A stretch of DNA of 64,000 bases, taken from Eledone cirrhosa (lineage: Eukaryota). This document shows positions 35,559-48,269 of the stretch, one piece after another (the first letter of the stretch is position 1; every line of letters begins with the position of its first letter). The notes beneath the pieces were generated by a model. The model searched no databases. It was not told the DNA's origin and worked only from the letters and a program-made list of their open reading frames with translations. The stretch lies in contig CAXHJY010001242.1 in the NCBI GenBank assembly GCA_964016885.1, positions 1 to 64,000 on the forward strand, written 5' to 3'. Made by a program: the position numbers and the translations under genes.

Positions 35559-35634
<76 letters not shown>

Positions 35635-35660
35635 TTTAGTAGTAGCAGCAATAGTAGTTT
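35392..35660. repeat. Compound (TAG)n/(TAT)n microsatellite
   Basis: Direct reading; source of the poly-V/S/L/T ORFs. Confidence 0.95.
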
Positions 35661-38648
35661 TGAAACATATATTTAGTTTGAATAAATATCTAATCTGAAA
35701 TCAAAAGAAAAAATATTCGCATAGTTTCGTTGTTAAATGCCAGTGAAAACGTCAAACTCAATAGCAATAACAAAACATCAATATAAGAAGTAAAACTTGT
35801 CTTTGTTGTCGCTTGTTTTTTATAAGAAATCAGTTTTTCAAACGTTTAGGGATTACAACGGCAGAATGCCGAAAACCTTTTCGTTTTGACTACGGATGTC
35901 CCCCTTTGAATTCATTAAAACATCTGTTCTCATATAAATTTAGTGAAAATGAAGTATTGACGATAATAACACAACCAATTTATCAAATACATTATTAGAC
36001 GAATATTATCAATATCCGGACTTCAAAGACGTATCGTAGTTTGCTTATTTAATATTTTCGAATATTAGATTTGTATTGTGAAGTTCCAGGTTCAAATCAT
36101 CATGGTCTGCTCCCTTCCGAACCCTCTTTGCGCTCTCGGGATATACAATCTTTGTGCGTCCACCTATTGATACCAATAACAGGGTGCAGGTCCATCCCCT
36201 GTTTTCATTGCCCTAAATGGAGCCTGTAACATATGTTTCTACATACATGTCCCTTGTTAACAAATGCAAGAGACGATAAGTTATGATTCATTTCTTACGT
36301 TACACTATATTGTTACTTTCCCAAACTAGCGAAGACTACGCTTTTTAAGAGGCGGTCTATACATGCCTCGTCATAATTACATTACTGGATAGTGGGATAT
36401 TTATGGGGAGCTACAGGTTTCAGCCATTGCTCCATACCACCTTGTAGTTTACAACCGTTGGCCTGGGGCTGCTTATTAGCCCGGCAGCTGACCACTAATA
36501 TTGCAACTAATTATCATCTATGCTCATGAAATCTTGGGTAAAGACAAGAATACGATCGCAAATACAAGCAGTCGAAATGGTGTTCCTCCGAGGGGCCTTT
36601 ATAGTAATGTTAATCGATAGAGTGCGTAGCTCGGGGATCCTAACTTCAATAAGATGGGCATGTGGTAAGAATGCCTCATGAAAAAATCCCTGGACAGATT
36701 TTACTGGCAAAAAAAACGGACAGGAGACCCAGGTGCAGAACCCAAGCAATATGATTCGATAAATCCCATGGGCTCAGCTGGTCTCACTTGGTGATCCAGC
36801 TGGATCAGTTAGAGTTGATAGAAATGTTCCCTGTGTACATGTGATTTCCATCATAATAACATGAACGTAATTATTAAAAGGGAAACATTTAAGTTGAAGA
36901 ATCTCTTGCTAATAATCTATGAAGCGACAATGATATTTGGTCGACAACTGTATTAAATTAGCCAAATGTGATCCCATCTTTAGAATTAAATAATGAGTCT
37001 AGTGGGAATTGAGATTATATCAATATGCTACACACATTATGGAGTAAACTTTGTTAATCCTGTTATTGTTGTTGCTTGCGGTTGTTTAGCTCCCAACGCA
37101 CTTAGGCCGAATAAGCGTATCATCAAAAGAATTCGAGCTGCGAGTATCTCCATCTTCTTAGATGTATGTAGTACTGAAATCTCTATCTTATTCCACCCTC
37201 TTATTTAAAAAGGTAGAAGTTGAGTTTTGATGAATGTGGGTGGGGCTACTTTTGCCAGTTGTTCGAGTAACAAAACAAGGGACAATTCATATACGTTCGC
37301 TAAAACTACAATTCTACTCTCCGTCAGTATATGTTCAATCCTGAATTGTGCGAAGTTTATCCAACTCAAAGTAATGCAGCGTGCAAGGTTGCTTTGGATA
37401 ATGTACCAATTTGTTCATTATGCATGTGAAAATATCAGGATGTCAACGGTTTGATTTTGATTGACAATATTTAGACTCAGTTGTATGTGGTCTTCAATTA
37501 AACAGCAAGTATGAGGTTTATATAAGCGACCTCCTTACTGTAATGTACCCGTGTGAAAAAAAACGTTATTGATGTTGATGTTGGTGACAGTACAACACGT
37601 GAATTATTGGAATATACATGGTAGATCTCAGCTGAGGCAATATTATATCTAACCACACTTGATGATATATATGTCAATCAATAAAAGAACGAGTAAGAGG
37701 AAAATTTAATTTTCTGCAGATATGATACTGAAAGTGAAAAAATATTTTTAAAAAACCATATATATATATATATATTCGCACACTCACACAAGTGTGTATG
37801 CGCACATATGAGTGTGTGTTTGTGTTAGCGAGTGTGTATATGGGCGTGTGTGATTGAAATAGGAATTCGTTTTTCCCTGTCAACACGAAATGTTAATTAA
37901 GGTAACTTCAAAAAATGTCTCCTTTGAAATCTTTGTTAAAACATCAAATAAATAGATATAAATATGAAATAAAATTCACACCTGAAATAGATGCAAAAAA
38001 TAGAAATAAAATATGAATTATACTTTTCTCAATCTATTTTCACCGAAGAAAATTGGTTGAAAAATAAAGAAAAATAATGAATAACAAAAGATTTTTATAA
38101 AATTATTGATAATGGATAGGTTGCGTGTAAGGTTACCCCTACATTATTTTTCATTTGCTATAAATATATGAATATATTTATAAAAACACACTTACTACAC
38201 ATGAGCCAACATTGATTATAGGACCAAAATACCTCTATTTCTCATTAAATCGAGTTATGAAATGTTTGATGAAAGAAAATAAAAACTTTAAAATATCATA
38301 CATTTCAGTATTAATTATTAATTCTTTTTTTTCCTACACCAAAAGTAAGATTAAATATGAATATTATCAATAATCAATCAATCAATCTTTCTAACTATTT
38401 CAATCTCCATTACGAATTTCATTACCAATGCATGTGTGCCTTCCTATTTCTATATGTGTTTACACAGACACACAGACATAGCAAACACAGATATATACAT
38501 ATTTTTTATGTATATATACGTGTATGTATCTATGTATGTGTGTGCATGTATATATATATATATATATAATTGTTGTTGGATGCTTAAAGCGTCCGTATGC
38601 TGTAGGCCGTATAAGCAATCAATGCCCTTGTAGAACAGAGTATGATAT

Positions 38649-38979
38649 CACAGAAAAACGAGAATCAGTGTTGCGACTAAAGGAATTTATTGGACATATT
38701 ACAATTGTTTCTCGGGCGACCAGCTCGAGGCACGATCGATATGGTGATCAAACCTGACTCTGAAATCGCGCGGTCCTCGGATACGTCTCGATTCTACGAA
38801 GCAGATTTACCTATTCGTAGATTTTCCTTTTCGTAGAATCGAGGCGTGTCCTAGGACCACGCGATCTCAGAGTCAGGTTTGATCACCATATCAATCGCGC
38901 CTCGAGCTGGTCGCCCGAGAAACAATTGTAATATGCCCATTAAATTCCTTTCGTCGCAACACTGATTCTCCTTTTTTCT

Positions 38980-38982
<3 letters not shown>
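38649..38982. mobile_element. Palindromic MITE with CACAGAAAAA...TTTTTCTGTG termini (~152-bp arms), possibly CMC/EnSpm-related
   Basis: Imperfect long inverted arms with a ~30-nt spacer; AT on both sides is consistent with a 2-bp TSD. Superfamily assignment is inference. Confidence 0.8.
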
Positions 38983-39063
<81 letters not shown>

Positions 39064-39065
39064 CG

Positions 39066-39505
39066 TGATTTTGGATGGCCATCTCGGGAGAGATGACCCC
39101 TTATCCTTTGTCAAGGCAGAATTCTAGTAGAAGGAAAACTCTGATATAACATCTGCAACCCTGATGGTATCCAATAATGTGGACTTTTTCTTCTTTTTGC
39201 TAAATATCATCTTGGTTAAGAGAGTGGGACTGGCTTTGTGCAGTGCCTTTGCTCACTATAACAGCTTCACGGTACAGGCATTGCTTTATATCTGGAAATC
39301 TCTCTGCATTTGTCATCCCATGGTACCATGGGCCCAGCACTATGTGTCAATAATTGTCACAAGTGTAGTGTTTGTACCAGAGTTTTCAAGTCGCTGGCTG
39401 GACTAAAAAGTCACATTCGTTCAGCGCATCGGTAGAGGTTCTCCTACATGAATATAAAGTAGTGGCTGTACTCGAAAACGAGTTGGCAGCCACCTTGTAT
39501 ATGCA
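39066..39505 (+). mobile_element. RTE-derived bipartite non-autonomous retroelement (SINE-like), near full length
   Basis: RTE-type 5' motif ctagtagaaggaaaactctga. The 3' part encodes a C2H2 remnant (CSVCTRVFKSLAGLKSHIRSAH) and carries the tail actcgaaaacgagttggcagcc. Confidence 0.75.
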
Positions 39506-39562
39506 TTATATGTATGTATATATATCAAAGGGCAAAGGAGCTCTTAAGAGTCAATGTTAATT

Positions 39563-39885
39563 TAAAATCACCGGGAAAGATGACCCCTTAGCCTTTGTCA
39601 AGGCAGAATTCTAGGAGAAGGAAAACTCTAATATAACACCTGCAACCCTAATGGTATCCAATGATGTTGACTTCTTCTTTTTGGTAAATATCCTCTTGGT
39701 TAAGAGAGTGGGACTGGCTTAGTGCAGTGCCTTTGCTCACTATAAAAGCTTCACATCCCAGGCATTGCTTTATATCTGGAGATCTCTCTGCACTTGTCGT
39801 CACATGGTACCATCGGTAGAGGTTCTCCTACATGGATATAAATTTGTGGCCGTACTCGAAAACGAGTTGGCAGCCAACATGTATA
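39563..39885 (+). mobile_element. Second copy of the RTE-derived element, with internal deletion
   Basis: Matches 39085-39328, then jumps to the 39428-39495 equivalent. Confidence 0.75.
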
Positions 39886-39897
39886 TATATATGTATC

Positions 39898-40066
39898 TCT
39901 GGAAACTGGGTTAACTCCGACATAAAACCTGCGGCTCAGTAGTTACCGATCATGTTGATCTTTTATTCTTTTCGGGTTATAGCTACTGTCGCTCAGAGAG
40001 TGGGATTGGCTCAGTGCACAGTCTTTCCTCACATTAAAAATATTCGTCACGCACATGCATTGCACG
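39898..40066 (+). mobile_element. Partial copy of a related RTE-5'-derived SINE-like family
   Basis: Reverse complement of 56141-56308. Confidence 0.7.
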
Positions 40067-40110
40067 ATTGCATTAATAATTATTAATAGTATATTATTAT
40101 TATTATTATT

Positions 40111-43100
40111 ACATTTGCATTTATCTTGCTTTATGTTCATACGATTTATCACCAAGTCACAACCAATGACCTCAAGAGACAACAAGGTCCGCCATGTCAA
40201 GAAATAACATACATACACACACATGCATCTTTAGGTGTTTAGACTTGTTATGTACTTATATTGACAGAATCTTCCTTAGTATATGGGCAGTTCCCATTAG
40301 TACTATCTTTTGTATTTCTCCTATACGCGGGTTTCCTGGGATTTGCAATAAGTAATCATTAGACCCCTTAGGTATCATTCCTAGAGCGCCTACAACCACT
40401 GGTATTGTTTTAGTTCTCAATTTCCACATGTTTCCAATTTCTATCTCCAGGTGCTTATACTTGCTCAATTTTTCAAATGTTTTTATAGATACATTCTTGT
40501 CTATTGGAACGGACATATCAATTAGCAGGCATACCCTCTTTTTAAAGTCCTTCAGTATTATATCAGGTATATTTGCATCTATTTTTCGGTCTGTTTGGAT
40601 GCTAAAGTTCCACAAGATTGAGATGTGATCTTTTTCAAGTATGGGAGGTGGTTGATGCTCCCACCAATTCTGTTGATGGGGCAGGTCAAAATGCTTACAC
40701 ATTATCCAATGTATGTATTGTGCAGATCTGTCATGCCTGTTTAGGTATTCGGTTGGAGCTATAGGACTGCACATTGAAATTATATGATCAATGGTCTCTG
40801 GTTGTTTTTTTACATACACGGCATAATGGGCTGCATCCATTTTTTATTATGTTGGCTTGGTAATTTTTTGTTGGCAGACACTGATCTTGTGCTGATATAA
40901 TAAGTCCTTCAGTCTCCGATTTCAGTCCAGAGGATGCCAACCACTGATGGTTTAAAGTTTTGTCAACATCAGGATTGTTAGCTCTTTCTGGGTATTTTCC
41001 ATACAGAGGCTTTTCTTGCCATTTCTTAGCCAGTTTCTGTAGCATTTCTTTCTTTGCAGTTACTTTTACCTGCTTTGCTTTTTCCGTGTTTTCCATTTCA
41101 GCAGTAAATGGGACTTCTGAAATGTGTAGTCCATTACTGTATCTTTGTGCATCTTTTGTAATGGAATATGATCTTTTGATGCTTTCGTGTTTCAAAACGA
41201 GTTTGATCATCCAATCATGTGATTCCCTTAGATATGTAGATAATTCAATTGTTGCAGTTTTCAACCCAATATCTAACTGGATTAACCCACGTCCTCCTTC
41301 TTTCCTAGGGAGATATATTATATCTGTATCTGCCTTAGGGTGATGCATTCTGTGCATGGTTAAGAATTTTCGAATTTTTGTATCGAGCCTACGGATCTCT
41401 GTGCTTGACCAGTTGATGACATTGTAACTGTAGGTTACTACTGGTATGGCAAGCGTGTTTATGGCATCGATCCTATTCCTTGCATTAAATTCCGTTCTTA
41501 AGATTGCTCTTACTCTGCGGTAACATTCCTTCCTTATCCTTTCCCTCATTGTCGAGTGCTTGATTCCGTCTCCTTCACAAACACCTAGATACTTGTAAGT
41601 TTCCTCTTGATCAAGTTCTCTTATCACATTCCCCCGATCAAGATTAATGTCTGAACTTTTCAGCAGCTTTCGTCTGGTGAACGTTGCTTTGGTGCATTTA
41701 TCTAGTCCAAACTCCATTTTAATGTCATCACTGAACTGCTCCACAGTGGATAATAGCCCTGGCAATTGTTCATCATTTTTTGCAAATAGTTTCAGGTCAT
41801 CCATGTAGAACAAGTGATTAATGGTTTTGTCATAGACTTTATATCCATGTTTTGTTTCATTGAGCATTTTACTTAATGGTATAATGCGATGCAGAATGAA
41901 AGCGGTGACAAAGAGTCACCCTGAAAAATTCCACAATTAATATTAACTTCTCCAGCTTCCAGTGATTTTGTTCCACTATTCAAAAGGAGTGTCGCTTTCC
42001 ATGTCTTCATACGGAATGACAAGAATCTCCTGACAACGGGAGATATTTTGAAAATCTCTAAACATTTTTCAATCCAACTGTGTGGCAAACTATCGAATGC
42101 TTTTTTATAATCTATCCAGCAATTGATAGATTTTTGTGTCTATTATGACAATCTTCCAGTATCATTTTGTTAACCAAAAGCGGATCCTTAATTTTGTTAA
42201 CCAAAAGCTGATCCAAAAGCTGATATGAGCCTCGTTTACACCCTTTCTGCTAATTGGGAAATAGGTCATTTGTTATCAGGTGGTCATATGTATATTCAGT
42301 TAGGATTGATGGTCGAGCAAGTTAACGGTCTGTAATTTTGGGGATTGTTTGTCTCATCATTCTTCGGAAGCAGGAATGTAATGCCGTTAACTAGCCATGA
42401 TACTATCTTTTCTGGCTCCTTAACTATTTCATTGTAAAGTTGGGCTATCAGCTCATGAGACTCTGTGACGACATTTATCCAAAAATTTGGTATTTTGTCT
42501 TTTCCTGGGGATTACCATTTGCAGGTTTTTCTAAGAGCCAAACGCAACTGTTCAACTGTTATATTTTCCCATATTTGTTCCTCAAGGTGAGCTGTATCTT
42601 TCATTTGTCTGTCTGTCCATGGGGCATGTATATCATGAACATTTTCTTCGGCCCAGATCTTTTCCCAGAATTCTTGCACTTCATCCTTGGGTGGTATTGA
42701 TTTAGCAGTTATTGTTGACTTACCAATTTTTCTGTAGAAGTTTCTTTGGTTGTTTTTGAACATATTATTATCCTTATAGAATGTAGATCGTTTTTCAAAG
42801 CGCCTTATACAAGCAGCTTTGGCCGACACTTTTTGCTTGATTATTTCTATCACCATGTCTATTTCACTTGTTGATTTTGTACTGTATTTTCTTTTCAATT
42901 TTCTAAGTTTAGTTTGTTTAACATGTTCACCTACTTTGTAGTTTGTTAAAATTTCTGTCAGATCGGAGAAGGTTTATTTGGCGATTGATGTTCTCTTGCC
43001 AAGTAGATTTCTTCTGGGAATTCCTTTGTTTTTTTCATTTTCACTCCACATAAGTGAGTGGTGACTTTAGCCGATGCATAATAGAGATGATTTAAATCAG

Positions 43101-43778
43101 TGATGATAATGTTTTTGAGAATTATTTTAGTCTTGTGTATTATCTGTTTGTTCTGTTTGGAGTTCTGGATCTTAGGGAGGGTGTCTCGTTCCCCCATGTC
43201 AGATTCTTTCATCTTCATCCATTCGATCATAATCCTTCAAGTTGGCAAGTTCATTCTCATTCATTTCTTTATCATTTACGATCTCATTGTTTTCATTTTG
43301 AGTTTCATCTTGAGCATGCACTCCCTCCACTTTTTCGATCCTTTCTTTAATTTGTTTTGTTGTCATTGATTCCGCCCCCAACCCTGGGATTCGAAGTGTT
43401 ACTATTTACCTCGTTTTCACTGACACATGTTTCATTTTCCCTTCGCTGACTTTGTGCTAAGAGCTTGATCTGATCAATTTCTATAAAAGTTAGTATCTTT
43501 CTTTTAACAATTTTTCTTCGTATATTGGCTAGTTTGTTACTGTCAATATAGCCTCTATTTTCGGGATGATTCTTTTTCCAGTTGATATATGTCTGTTATG
43601 TATTCGATGTATTTGATGGGTAGTACATGGCAGTGTAGAAAGCCTCACGGACTTCTTTATTATCTTCCCTTGACTATTTTTGTCTCTTTTTCTTTGGATT
43701 TCTTGGTGGTGAGCATGGAGGGCCAACAGTAGTAGTATTCCCGTTATGGGAGGTCTCCAGCTCCAAAGTGATGGGAAG

Positions 43779-43781
<3 letters not shown>
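40111..43781 (-). mobile_element. R4/Dong-like non-LTR retrotransposon (RT + CCHC + restriction-like endonuclease), slightly 5'-truncated, degenerate
   Basis: FQGDSLSP, FYMDDLKL, CRVC...H..SMC, RHD, PDII...IDMSVP, K..KY motifs; (TAA)n on both sides. Confidence 0.9.
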
Positions 43782-43827
<46 letters not shown>

Positions 43828-43830
<3 letters not shown>

Positions 43831-44331
43831 GGTGGCAGTTGCGAAAGAGATTATATGGTGGACCAGGTTGAAAGGACTAAAGACAGACACTTTTCTCTTC
43901 GGCCAATCCCTCATCAACTTCTTCAAGTTTCACCTGGAATGGAGGGTGAGGGTGGAGAGAGAAGTGCTGCCCCCCAGTACATTTGCTAAAAGGTGGGTAA
44001 ATGTGGCGAGAATGGCTCGTGTGAATGGGCCTACTCTGACCATGCGCCTATAGGCTGGCTAACTTGAGGAGAGGGGTGCTCTCCTGGGTGCCCTAGAAGC
44101 GCAGGGTGGTTCAGGATTGGTGGGGTACCGGAATCACCCCAGGGTCGTCCACCCCATATCGGGGAATTTATTTTGTTATATTTATGCATAGTTTATTTTA
44201 TATTTTTATATTTTCATTGTTAAATTAGTCTTGCCATTGTGCACTTTTATTCGACCTTATTGTAAACCCCCACTGTCCCTGTCTTTGTATTGTCCCCTAC
44301 ATGTCGGCCCTTGTGGCTAATAAATGAAATC
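43828..44331 (+). mobile_element. 3' fragment of an L1/Tx1-like LINE
   Basis: C-terminal AKEIIWWTR...FAKRW pattern, 3' UTR with aataaa, then an (ATT)n tail. Confidence 0.55.
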
Positions 44332-44358
44332 ATTATTATTATTATTATTATTATTATT

Positions 44359-47300
44359 ACAGTTGCATTTATCTTGCTTTATGTTCATACGAGTTATCAC
44401 CAAGTCACAACCAGTGACCTCAAGAGACAACAAGGTCCGCCATGTTCAAGGAAGAACATAAATACTCACACATGCATCTTTAGTGTTTAGACTTGTGATG
44501 TACTTATATTGACAGAATCTTCCTTAGTATATGGGCAGTTCCCATTAGTACTATCTTTTGTATTTCTCCTATACGCGGGTTTCCTGGGATCTGCGATAAG
44601 TAATCATTAGACCCCTTAGGTATCATTCCCAGAGCGCCTACAACCACTGGTATTGTTTTAGTTCTAAATTTCCACATTTTTCCAATTTCTATCTACAGGT
44701 GCTTATACTTGCTCAATTTTTCAAATGTTTTTATAGATACATTCTTGTCTATTGGAACAGACATATCAATTAGCAGGCATACCCTCTTTTTAAAGTCCTT
44801 CAATATTATATCAGGTCTATTTGCATCTATTTTTCGGTCTGTTTGGATGCTAAAGTTCCACAAGATTGAGATGTGATCTTTTTCAAGTATGGGAGGTGGT
44901 TGATGCTCCCACCAATTCTTTTGATGGGGCAGGTCAAAATGCTTACACATTATCCAATGTATGTATTGTGCAGCTCTGTCATGCCTGTTTAGGTATTCGG
45001 TTGGAGCTATAGGACTGCACATTGAAATTATATGGTCAATGGTCTCTGGTTGTTTTTTGCATACACGGCATAATGGGCTGCATCCATTTTTTATTATGTT
45101 GGCTTGGTAATTTTTTGTTGGCAGACACTGATCTTGTGCGGATATAATCAGTCCTTCAGTCTCCGATTTCAGTCCAGAGGATGCCAACCACTGATGGGTT
45201 AAAGTTTTGTCAACATCAGGATTGTTAGCTCGCTCTGGGTATTTTCCATACAGAGGCTTTTCTTGCCATTTCTTAGCCAGTTTCTGTAGCAGTTCTTTCT
45301 TTGCAGTTACTTTTACCTGCTTTGCTTTTTCTGTGTTTTCCATTTCAGCAGTAAATGGGACTTCTGAAATTTGTAGTCCATTACTCTATCTTTGTGCATC
45401 TTTTGTAATGGAATATGATCTGTTGATGCTTTCGTGTTTCAAAACGAGTTTAATCATCCAATCATGTGATTCCCTTAGATATGTAGATAATCTAATTGTT
45501 GCAGTTTTCAACGCAATGTCTAACTGGATTAACCCACGTCCTCCTTCTTTCCTGGGGAGATATATTCTATCTATATCTGCCTTAGGGTGATGCATTCTGT
45601 GCATGGTTAAGAATTTTCGAATTTTTGTATCGAGCCTACGGATCTCTGTGCTTGACCAGTTGATGACATTGTAACTGTAGGTTACTACTGGTATGGCAAG
45701 CGTGTTTATGGCATCGATCCTATTCCTTGCATTCAATTCTGTTCTTAAGATTGCTTTTACTCTGCGGTAACATTCCTTCCTTATCCTTTCCCTCATTGTC
45801 GAGTGCTTGATTCCGTCTCCTTCACAAACACCAAATATTTGTAAGTTTTTTCTTGATCAAGTTCTCTTATCACATTCCCCCGATCAAGATTAATGTCTGA
45901 ACTCTTCAGCAGCTTTCCTCTGATGAACGTTGCTTTGGCGCATTTATCTAGTCCAAACTCCATTTTAATGTCATCACTGAACTGCTCCACAGTGGATAAT
46001 AGCCCTTGCAATTGTTCATCATTTTTTGCAAATAGTTTCAGGTCATCCATGTAGAACAAGTGATTAATGGTTTTGTCATAGACTTTATATCAATGTTTTG
46101 TTTCATTGAGCATTTTACTTAATGGTATAAGTGCGATGCAGAATAAAAGCGGTGATAAAGAGTCACCCTGAAAAATTCCACAATTAATATTAACTTCTCC
46201 AGCTTCCAGTGATTTTGTTTCACTATTCAAAAGGAGTGTCGTTTTCCATGTCTTCATACTGAATGATAAAAACCTCCTGACAACGGGGGATATTTTGAAA
46301 ATCTCTAAACATTTTTCAATCCAACTGTGTGGCAAACTATCGAATGCTTTTTCATAATCTATGCAAGCAATCGATAGATTTTTGTGTCTATTATGACAAT
46401 CTTCCAGTATCATTTTGTTAACCAGAAGCTGATCCTTACAGCCATATGAGCCTCGTTTACACCCTTTCTGCTCAATGGGAAATAGGTCATTTGTTATCAG
46501 GTGGTCATATGTGTATTCAGTTAGGACTGATGTTAAAATTTTATACATTGTGGTCAAGTAAGTTATCGGTCCGTAATTTTTGGGATTGTTTGTCTCATCA
46601 TTCTTCAGAAGCAGGAATGTGATGCCGTTAACTAGCCATGATGGTATCTTTTCTGGCTCCTTAACTATTTCATTGTAAAGTTGGGTTAAAAGCTCATGAG
46701 ACTCTGTGAAGGCATTTATCCAAAAGTTTTGTATTTTGTCTTTTCCTGGGGATTTCCATTTGCTGGTTTTTCTTAGAGCCAAGCGCAACTGTTCAACAGT
46801 TATATTTTCCCATATTTGTTCCTCAAGGTGAGCTGTATCTTTCATTTGTCTGTCTGTCCATGGGGCATGTATGTTATGAACTTTTTCTTCGGCCCAGATC
46901 TTTTCCAAGAATTCCTGCACTTCCTCCTTGGGTGGTATTGATTTAGCAGTTATTGTTGACTTACCAATGTTTCTGTAGAAGTCTCTTTTGTTGTTTTTGA
47001 ACATATTATTGTCCTTATAGAATCTAGATCGTTTTTCAAAGCGCCTTATACGAGCAGCTTTAGCCGACACTTTGTGCTTGATTATTTCTATCTGCATGTC
47101 TATGTCACATGTTGATTTTATACTGTACTTTTTTTTCAATTTTCTAAGTTTAGTTTGTTTCACATGTTCACCTACTTTATAGTTTGTTAACATTTCTATG
47201 TCAGATCGGAGAAGGTTTATTTGGCGATTGATGTTCTCTTGCCAAGTAGATTTCTTGTGGGAATTCCTTTGTTTTTTCATCTTCACTCCACATAAGTGAC

Positions 47301-48202
47301 TGGTGACTTTAACCGATGCATAATAGAGATGATTTAAATCAGTAATGTTTAGTTTGTTTGTGATGATAATGTTTTTGAGAATTATGTTAGTCTTGTGTAT
47401 TATCTTTTGGTTCTGTTTGGAGTTCTGGATCTTAGGGAGGGTATCTCGTTGCCCCATGTCAGATTCTTTCATTTTCATCCTTCAAGTTGGCAAGTTCATT
47501 CTCATTCAATTCTTTATCATTTACGATCGCATTATTTTCATTTGGAGTTTCATCCTGAGCATGCAGTCCCTCCACTTTTTCGATCCTTTCTTTAATTTGT
47601 ACTGTTGCCAGTGATTCCGCCCCAACCCTGGGATTCGAAGTGTTACAGTTTACCTCGTTTTCACTGACACATGTTTCATTTTCGCTTCGCTGACTTTGTG
47701 CTAATAGCTTGATCTGATCAATTTCTATATCAGTTAGTAACTTTTTTCTTACAATATTTCTTCGTATATTGGCTAGTTTGTTACTGTCAATATAGCCTCT
47801 GTTTTCGGGATGTTTCTTTTTCCAGTTGATATATGTCTGTTCTGTATTCGATGTATTTGATGGGTAGTACATGGCAGTGTAGAAAGCCTCAAGGACTTCT
47901 TTATTATCTTCCCTTGACCATTTTTGTCTCTTTTTCTTTGGATTTCTTGGTGGTGAGCATGGAGGGCCAACAGTAGGAGTATTCCGGTTATGGGAGGTCT
48001 CCAGCTCCGAAGGATGGGAAGGTTTGAACCATTAGCTGATTTTTCGACCGAAGTCTGGTTCCTCTCTGAGGGACGCGGCCCTTTTTTACCCGGGTGACGG
48101 CCGATCCGGTATGAGATTTTATCATTAGACATTTACTTTATTTTGTCGCGTTTTATCCTTATCCGCCAAGGGGTAATCATTTCGTGTTACCACTTCTTCT
48201 TC
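44359..48202 (-). mobile_element. R4/Dong-like non-LTR retrotransposon, apparently full length but frameshifted
   Basis: ORF pieces from ATG 48132 through RT (46090-47478, 45793-46059) to REL (44693-45343, ANRPDII); highly similar to the first copy; (TAA)n on both sides. Confidence 0.92.
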
Positions 48203-48269
48203 TTATTATTATTATTATTATTATTATTATTGTTACTATTATTATTACTTTTTTTTTTTTTATTCAAAA

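Noticed and set aside
36100-36850. Higher-GC stretch with LPHAHL (Helitron Rep-like) and PQANG (integrase-like) words on the minus strand
   Set aside because: Isolated short words in different frames with stops and no surrounding motif context.
39990-40066. HDV-like ribozyme around ctttcctcac in the RTE-derived SINE
   Set aside because: P1/P2 pseudoknot pairings could not be built consistently across copies.
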